Shown here in pieces: positions 58,101-64,000 of a stretch of DNA of 64,000 nucleotides (within the stretch, counting starts at the first letter, position 1; the number at the start of each line of letters is the position of its first letter). The stretch spans positions 62,001 through 126,000 of IMG/VR virus record IMGVR_UViG_3300028392_000029; one strand, 5' to 3'. The translations under genes were made by a program, and so were the position numbers. The notes beneath the pieces were generated by a model. That model was not told the origin of the DNA. It was given only the letters and a program-made list of their open reading frames with translations, and did not search any database.

Positions 58101-61100
58101 TGGATGATACAAGGCCACGACGGAAGTCAGGTGCTAGCATATGGTACGTACGGAGATTCTGGACATAGTGACTACCGCGACGGCATTTTATTAGAATTTG
58201 AAAAACGAATTTATAATAATATTAAAATTAATTACGATATTTCTATCTGCGATTTTGCTAAAATCATTCCTAGCTACAATCGAACCAATGACTATAGTAT
58301 TGATGAATTCAACAAGGTATTGGCTCCCTCTTTTTATAAATGGACAGGGCTAGTAGGGGTTGATTTTACTAAACCACTAAGCTATGATCGTAGCAATTCT
58401 TTTACATATAATTATGCAGGACATAGTTCCCCCGATGGGCGTAATGTTCCGGGATACTGGAGAGGTATATATCGTTGGATGCTAGACACTGATAGACCTA
58501 ACCTGTGCCCCTGGGAAATGCTAGGATTCTCAATCGAACCTAAATGGTGGACAACACTATACGGCCCATCACCATATACCAATGACAACAGACCAATGTG
58601 GCAAGACATTGCAGATGGCATGGTTAGAGAGCCAGGAAAACCTGCAGTCTATCTAAGTGATTATGCTAAGCCGTTTTTAATGGATCATATTCCTGTTGAC
58701 GAAAATGGTAATATTGTTAGTCCTGCAATTTCTGGGCTGGCATCTGGAGTATTCACAGTATCAACTGACAATAATTTTGTATTTGGCGATGTAAGCCCTG
58801 TAGAATCTGCATGGCGCAGAAGTAGCCATTATCCATTTAGTGTAGTACTAGCATCAATATTATTGACTCCAGCACAATCATTTGGAGCACTATTAGACAG
58901 ATCAAGAATTGTAAGGAATATAGCTGGACAGCTTATAAATTCTGATACAGGATTACGTATAAGACCGGCTGATGTAGTTTTACCTAGTATATACTCAAGT
59001 ACGACTAGGGTACAGACAGCGGGGATTATAAACTACATAGTTGATTATATTTTGCATTTTACATTTAGCAATAATCTTAAATCATACAATATGTATAGGA
59101 CAGAGTTAAAAACTTTGTTGCCAAAGTTGTCGTATCGTGTTGGGTCATTTACAAATAAAGAGCAATTTAATCTATTATTAGATTCTAAAACGCCGCTATC
59201 AGCGGGAAGCGTGTTTATCCCAAAAGAAGATTATGACATTATTTTGAATACATCTAGTACAGTACGTAAAATTACCTATAGCGGTGTAATAATAACAAAA
59301 CTACAAACAGGATTTGAGGTTAAAGGTTATAGTATCACCCAGCCTTATTTTAAATACTACCGATATATAAAGACTGGTGCTAAAATTAATATTGGTGGTA
59401 TCTCAGAAACATATTCTACATGGACTGCGTATCAACAATACGGTGCCGGTACTAATGTAAGATATAATAATGTTTATTACAGAGTTCAGTCAACGCATAC
59501 TGCGGCCGCTACATTTAATCCAGCGTACTATCAAGCATTGCCAGACCTGCCAATAGTAGGCGGAGCCAATGCTGCCTTACGAAGTGTCTGGGATCGTACG
59601 GAATCAATAGATGTTCCGTACGGTACTTTATTCTCTTCTATACAAGATGTAGTGGATTTCCTGCTAGGATACGGCGAGTGGTTAAAAGACCAAGGATTTA
59701 TATTTGATGAATTCAACGCTAAATTAGGTACAGTAAGCAATTGGGAGTCAAGTGCAAAAGAATTTTTGTTCTGGACTACTCAAAACTGGAGTGCTAGTAC
59801 AACTAAGTGGCAAGATTGGACTCCAACTATATCAGTCCCATACGGGAATATAATTCGATATAATGGAGATTATTATAGCGCATTATTTAATGTTCCTCCG
59901 TCTGAAATTTTTGATACTAACTTATATACGAAGTTAGCAGGACTTAGCGATATTGGTAGCTCAGTCCTTAGCGTTAGCCCGTCTGCATCAAAATTAGTTT
60001 TCAATGCTCCTCTTACAGTCGTTGAAGATATCAATAACCCATTCAACGGCTATGAAATTTTTAAAGTAGACGGCACACCATTGAGCTCAATTTTTCTAGA
60101 TAGCTATAGAAACGGTAATCTAGTAAGCTATACTACAAAAACAACAGATGGGATTTATTGTGCTAGTTTTTATCTAGTTCAACTAGAGCATGTGGCTATT
60201 TTAAATAATAATACAATTTTTAATGATACATTGTATAATCCCGGTACAGGTTATAGACAAGAAAGAATTAAACTTGCCGGATATATAACATCTGGGTGGT
60301 ACGGCGGTTTAGACATTCCTGGATTTATCTTTGATCAAGCAAAAATTCAAGAGTGGGAACCTTGGAAAGATTATGCATTAGGTGATACAGTCAGCTATCA
60401 AAGTTTTTATTATAGTGCCACAGCTTTTATAGCAGGTGCCTTAGTATTTAAAGCATCTCTATGGACAAAACTTACAGAAAAACCGACTCCGAAATTATTA
60501 CCCAACTGGACAAATATTGCTACTCAATTTACTGATTTTTACAGTTTAGATGATGATAACTTTAGTTCAACACAGCAAAAAGTTGCTCATCATCTAATTG
60601 GATATCAGAAACGTCGATACCTTGGCAATATTATTAAAGATGATGTTAGTGAATTTAAATTTTATCAGGGAATGGTTCGAGAAAAAGGAACTTTAAATGT
60701 TCTTAAAAAATTATTTGATGTATTAAGTTCTGAAAATAAAGAAAGTTTAGTTTTTTATGAAGAGTGGGCGTTACGGGTAGGGCAATACGGTGCTAGTAAT
60801 TCTTTTGAAAATATAGAATTTGTTTTAGATGAAGCATTATTTAGAAATAACCCTCAAGGATACTTGTTATTAAATCAACAAGATCCAACACTTAATGTGT
60901 TTATTAATCAGCAAACTCCTAATTCTGTTTATTTAAAACCTTTGAACTATAATAGTTCTCCGTGGCCTGCATTGCCTACATACAATCAATATTTTCGAGA
61001 TGCAGGATATGTTGATTCTGCTGATGTATTCTTAACGTTAGGATCGCTATCGGATATTACATCTCAAGATATTACTACATTCAGTAATGGTGCGTATATT

Positions 61101-64000
61101 TGGGTAACCTTTGAGAAAAATAGTTGGAATGTATATAGATATACTGACATTAATTTAGTAGTTACTAATGTAACATATGATAAAACTTTAAAAATTTTAA
61201 CAATAACAGCACAGGATATTGTCAACCTAAAAGTTGGTTCGTATATTGGACTAGCCCAGATTTCGATATTACAGGGATTTTATAAAATTGAAACTGTCAC
61301 GTTGAATTCATTTACAGTATCTGCAAATATTACTGGATTCCCAGTACCGACATTTACACAATCAGCTGAGTTGGTAGTATATGCACTAAAATCTCAGCGG
61401 GTTGACTCAATTGATTCCATAGATACTGCTTTACCTAATGTAATTAATAACGGCGAGCTAGTATGGACTGACAAAAATTTTAATGACTTATGGACAGTTT
61501 GGAAGTATGGAACAGTATATCAACAGTCGTTAATTAATAATTTTAACCCTCAAGATAATTTAGAATACGGATTAACTGTTGCGATGAATAAAGCAGGTAA
61601 CATATCTGCAGTTGGAACAGCAATCGGACAAATTATTACTTATGACAAAGCGTCCCCAAAATCACCTTGGATACAACGTCAGGTGATTCTGCCTCCGTTT
61701 ATTGCCCGAGCTAATCTAAATTTAATTAGTGATATAGCTAGGGTGGTTGGATTTTCCCCTGACGGATCGTACATGGCAATCGGTAGCCCATTTGCAGGAT
61801 CTGCATCTCATAATTTTGTAGGAGCATGGGTGTCGGGTACAATTTACGGTCCTAATCTAATAGTTTCTATAGATCCGTTATCTAACGGAAATATACAATT
61901 TTATAAAGCAATGGCTATAACCTCAGATAGCCCGCTGAACAGTTATAAATGGAAAAGAATACCATACATCACCGTTTCACAGGCAGGTAGTTGGTCGCAA
62001 TATGATTCATATCCGGTGGGCGCACTTGTTACCTACAATGATGTACAGTATCGTGCTATACTTCCAACTTTTGGTAACACAACTGTCATTATTACAGCAA
62101 TAGACGGATTTACTGGACGATTAACAACAACATCGACAGCAAGTCTTGAGCCCGGACGACTTTTAAAATTTGAAAGCACTGGAGCATTTGGAGGAATTAT
62201 CCCAACACAAAACTATTATGTGTTAAGCATAGATAATAGCACTCAATTTACAATTACTGATACGTACAACGGCACTAATTTTGTTTTATTAACATCGGGT
62301 AAAGGTCGCATGACGGTTACACAAGAGGCCCCTAGTGCCCCATCCGCTGGTGTATCATCATGGACAAGAGTAAAAGATCAAATTGGACCTTCAGCACACG
62401 GAGTAGTGTCTTTATATTCTAAAGACACAAATAATATCTATACATTAGTTGATACAATTATCAGCCCTAACATCACAGCTAACGAGCAATTTGGATCAAC
62501 TATTACATTTGGTAATAACAACTTGTTCATTGGAGCTGTTGGAAACAATAACAATACAGGCGCAGTTTATGGCTTAGTCTATACAGAGTTTTTAGAAGCT
62601 ACTACAGGCTACAATCCAGTTGGTAGTAGTTTTAGTACAATTGTTGTAAGTTCAACAGTGGGAATCCGAGAAGGTATGTATGTTCGAGGAATTGGATTTA
62701 CCGGAGACCAGCAAGTTGAAGCTGTTATTAATTCAGTAACTTTAGTGCTAACTGGTAGTCCTAATTCTACACCTAGCGGCACACTAAACTTTATTTCTAT
62801 AGGTTGGAGATACCAACCCGTACTGCCGATTACTGGAACAGTTGCAGGTAGCAACTTTGGAAGCAGTATTGCAGTTAGCGGGGACAACTCGGTACTGGCT
62901 ATTGCGGCAGCAGGCGGCACAGTTGGCGGCTCAGTAACTGTATTTTTTAATATAAATGAAGTTGCAGGGTCTCAGCAATTAATCAGTAATTCCGACATAA
63001 ATTTTGGACAAAGTATTTCTTTGTCTGACTCTTCAGAATATTTGATTATCTCAGATGACAGTGCTAGTAAAATATTACGTCCGCAAATTGGAAATGTATA
63101 CATTTACAAATTTAATGGTATTAATTACGGAACTACTCCGTACCAGACATTAGTTGATCACCACCCTGAACCAAATGGCAGGTTTGGAAATAAAGTTTCG
63201 TTCATGAATGATTACAAAACTATAGTCGTTTATAGTTTATATGGCGATACCGCTAATGCTATGACATTTAATACAGGAGGTGTTACGACATTTGACAAAA
63301 ATTCAACGACTTTCTCAACTAAAAATTCTGATAGCGGTAGAATAGATATCTATGACAATTATTTTACTAAATGGGTGTTTAGTGAAAGTTTAGCCACAAC
63401 AAATCAGTCATCTGACGGATTTGGAACAGGATTTGCTGTAGGTAACGATCATGTGTTTGTTAGCGCACCAAATGCTGTAGATTATGATAATTTACAACAA
63501 CCATATATTTCTGGCAGAGTATATTATTATGGTAAACAGCCTAATACTCATACTTGGGAAACATACAAACAAGAAATTGAAAAACCTAATATTAGCAGAG
63601 TTAAAAAAGCATTTTTGTATAACAGAACTACGAACCAACTAATCAGATATTTAGATGTAGTTGACCCTGCCCAGGGCAAAATTCCCGGGCCAGCTGAAGA
63701 AGAAATTAAATTTAAAACATTTTATGATCCAGCCCATTATTCAGTTGGAGATGATAGAGTCAATATAGATGCAAGATCTGCCTGGTCAAAAGACCAAGTA
63801 GGTACATTATGGTGGGACTTGCGGACTGCAAAGTTTATTGATAGTTACTCAAGCGATGTTGTATACAGAAATAGTACTTGGAATTCTTTAGCAATTGGAG
63901 CCAGTATTGATATCTACGAGTGGGTATCGACTACTAATTTGCCATCTGCCTGGGACAAAATAGCTGATACTGGTGCCGGAGTGGCCTTAGGTATCAGCGG
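55119..64000 (+). CDS. Very large baseplate/virion structural protein (>2960 aa, gp7-position), partial; absent from the ORF track because it has no stop in the window
   Basis: GGAG RBS and ATG at 55119: MVDNVNPNGSNSGLTLNLLPAFYRTEANKKFLQATLDQ...; same frame gives coherent protein at spot checks (58383 YDRSNSFTYNY, 60603 YQKRRYL, 62481 NEQFGSTITFG, 63963 ADTGAGVALGIS). Confidence 0.8.
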   Translation, partial: MVDNVNPNGSNSGLTLNLLPAFYRTEANKKFLQATLDQLYQPGSIKKTNGYIGRENAKSSTGSDIFVEASDSTRQNYQLEPALTVTDSIGNVTFFKDYIDYINQLNVFGANTSNHARLNKQEFYSWDPHIDWDKFVNFQNYYWLPYGPDLITIYGQQLAIESTYTVTLESELNNNQYLFTPNGFTRNPVLRLFRGQTYTFEINSPGNPFSFKTARSLGIADRYEIPTLSDHAVTNGTITFTIPSDAPSLLYYQSESDLNLGGVIAIYNITEDTFINVTDEILGKKQYKLANGTQLSNGMKLAFGGNVSPDMYMSGKYYVDGVGTSIRLIPETILEITSPYTTVTDILFDSDAFDTEPFDNASGFANTLDYIVINRASRDYNPWSRYNRWFHKDVINASSAFNNAIANLDQKYRAIRPIIEFNADLKLFNYGTVALDDIDLVDDFTTDVFSTIEGTFGYNIDSTALQEGHRILFTADTDILVKNKIFEVRFIDIQHINGVKQIHLVEIIEPIENHVVLVRQGKINQGQSYWFNGTAWKLAQKKTVTNQPPLFDIVDSNKISYGNTEVYNGSTFTGTSIFSYKKGKGVTDPSLGFPLAYQNVSNIGDIVFNFNLATDAFEYKKTTAIISQKINVGYLVTQDYAGNVVYENGWKRSVVNTLQAAVRLYKNSNKTNNFNLDIFDDVNNLEDLVVQVFVNGKRLDWPQWSIKSESDYKQIVLKTDISLTDVLTLKAYAAQPINSKGYYEIPISLQNNPLNDEINEFTLGEVIDHVNSIVDNLGKIFVGVFPGESNLRDLGNLSEFGTKFVQHSGPSSLSLYHITSPQNNIVQALELSRDEYSNFKRNLIAVAESLGVDADSRTLVDIILLQITKDTPKTHPYYFSDMLPFGASLITNLNVVDYRIKLYPLTNSFNLEKLSPSAVGVYLNNTQLIHGRDYTFVSQNFINVSAPLVNGDIITTYEYESTDACFVPETPTKLGIWPKYEPKLYLDTSYVTPRWMIQGHDGSQVLAYGTYGDSGHSDYRDGILLEFEKRIYNNIKINYDISICDFAKIIPSYNRTNDYSIDEFNKVLAPSFYKWTGLVGVDFTKPLSYDRSNSFTYNYAGHSSPDGRNVPGYWRGIYRWMLDTDRPNLCPWEMLGFSIEPKWWTTLYGPSPYTNDNRPMWQDIADGMVREPGKPAVYLSDYAKPFLMDHIPVDENGNIVSPAISGLASGVFTVSTDNNFVFGDVSPVESAWRRSSHYPFSVVLASILLTPAQSFGALLDRSRIVRNIAGQLINSDTGLRIRPADVVLPSIYSSTTRVQTAGIINYIVDYILHFTFSNNLKSYNMYRTELKTLLPKLSYRVGSFTNKEQFNLLLDSKTPLSAGSVFIPKEDYDIILNTSSTVRKITYSGVIITKLQTGFEVKGYSITQPYFKYYRYIKTGAKINIGGISETYSTWTAYQQYGAGTNVRYNNVYYRVQSTHTAAATFNPAYYQALPDLPIVGGANAALRSVWDRTESIDVPYGTLFSSIQDVVDFLLGYGEWLKDQGFIFDEFNAKLGTVSNWESSAKEFLFWTTQNWSASTTKWQDWTPTISVPYGNIIRYNGDYYSALFNVPPSEIFDTNLYTKLAGLSDIGSSVLSVSPSASKLVFNAPLTVVEDINNPFNGYEIFKVDGTPLSSIFLDSYRNGNLVSYTTKTTDGIYCASFYLVQLEHVAILNNNTIFNDTLYNPGTGYRQERIKLAGYITSGWYGGLDIPGFIFDQAKIQEWEPWKDYALGDTVSYQSFYYSATAFIAGALVFKASLWTKLTEKPTPKLLPNWTNIATQFTDFYSLDDDNFSSTQQKVAHHLIGYQKRRYLGNIIKDDVSEFKFYQGMVREKGTLNVLKKLFDVLSSENKESLVFYEEWALRVGQYGASNSFENIEFVLDEALFRNNPQGYLLLNQQDPTLNVFINQQTPNSVYLKPLNYNSSPWPALPTYNQYFRDAGYVDSADVFLTLGSLSDITSQDITTFSNGAYIWVTFEKNSWNVYRYTDINLVVTNVTYDKTLKILTITAQDIVNLKVGSYIGLAQISILQGFYKIETVTLNSFTVSANITGFPVPTFTQSAELVVYALKSQRVDSIDSIDTALPNVINNGELVWTDKNFNDLWTVWKYGTVYQQSLINNFNPQDNLEYGLTVAMNKAGNISAVGTAIGQIITYDKASPKSPWIQRQVILPPFIARANLNLISDIARVVGFSPDGSYMAIGSPFAGSASHNFVGAWVSGTIYGPNLIVSIDPLSNGNIQFYKAMAITSDSPLNSYKWKRIPYITVSQAGSWSQYDSYPVGALVTYNDVQYRAILPTFGNTTVIITAIDGFTGRLTTTSTASLEPGRLLKFESTGAFGGIIPTQNYYVLSIDNSTQFTITDTYNGTNFVLLTSGKGRMTVTQEAPSAPSAGVSSWTRVKDQIGPSAHGVVSLYSKDTNNIYTLVDTIISPNITANEQFGSTITFGNNNLFIGAVGNNNNTGAVYGLVYTEFLEATTGYNPVGSSFSTIVVSSTVGIREGMYVRGIGFTGDQQVEAVINSVTLVLTGSPNSTPSGTLNFISIGWRYQPVLPITGTVAGSNFGSSIAVSGDNSVLAIAAAGGTVGGSVTVFFNINEVAGSQQLISNSDINFGQSISLSDSSEYLIISDDSASKILRPQIGNVYIYKFNGINYGTTPYQTLVDHHPEPNGRFGNKVSFMNDYKTIVVYSLYGDTANAMTFNTGGVTTFDKNSTTFSTKNSDSGRIDIYDNYFTKWVFSESLATTNQSSDGFGTGFAVGNDHVFVSAPNAVDYDNLQQPYISGRVYYYGKQPNTHTWETYKQEIEKPNISRVKKAFLYNRTTNQLIRYLDVVDPAQGKIPGPAEEEIKFKTFYDPAHYSVGDDRVNIDARSAWSKDQVGTLWWDLRTAKFIDSYSSDVVYRNSTWNSLAIGASIDIYEWVSTTNLPSAWDKIADTGAGVALGIS

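Noticed and set aside
359-63000. Numerous short ORFs in the track lying antisense or out of frame inside large genes (e.g. 6993..7328, 28495..28917, 32894..33532, 36917..37381, 62609..62920)
   Set aside because: They are shadows of Thr/Gly/Ala-rich or repeat-rich sense genes, with no RBS or recognisable domains
1-64000. Stop-codon reassignment, as seen in some large phages
   Set aside because: Core genes are full length in the standard code, with ORFs up to 4042 aa and no fragmentation at TAG or TGA

Overview
A 64 kb segment of a large, AT-rich T4-like myophage genome, probably a jumbo phage only distantly related to T4; the host cannot be determined. The minus strand 1-28.9 kb carries a tail-fibre/adhesin cluster: three Cys/Gly-rich paralogues, two fibre-chaperone-like genes, 4042-aa and 1962-aa modular fibres and small adaptor proteins. 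Next come a late gene fusing a eukaryote-like ubiquitin domain to a virion-type beta-domain (28975-29721), the head module (gp23, gp22, gp21, core proteins, portal gp20) and a tape-measure-like gene with PKVE repeats. A divergent gp26-like gene ends in a T-TTT-TTC slippery site that opens into a start-less downstream frame. A ~500-nt hairpin-dense non-coding element lies directly downstream of a GIY-YIG nuclease, followed by gp46/gp47/gp55. The plus strand carries a baseplate operon (tube cap, gp53, hub, gp5, gp25, gp6) and a >2960-aa ORF that runs off the right edge and is absent from the ORF track. TAAATA late-promoter boxes sit in front of many structural genes. No tRNA, CRISPR array, integrase, transposase or reverse transcriptase was recognised. 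The top leads are the ubiquitin fusion, the structured RNA/origin next to the GIY-YIG gene and the predicted -1 frameshift. All family assignments come from motif recognition by eye, not database searches.
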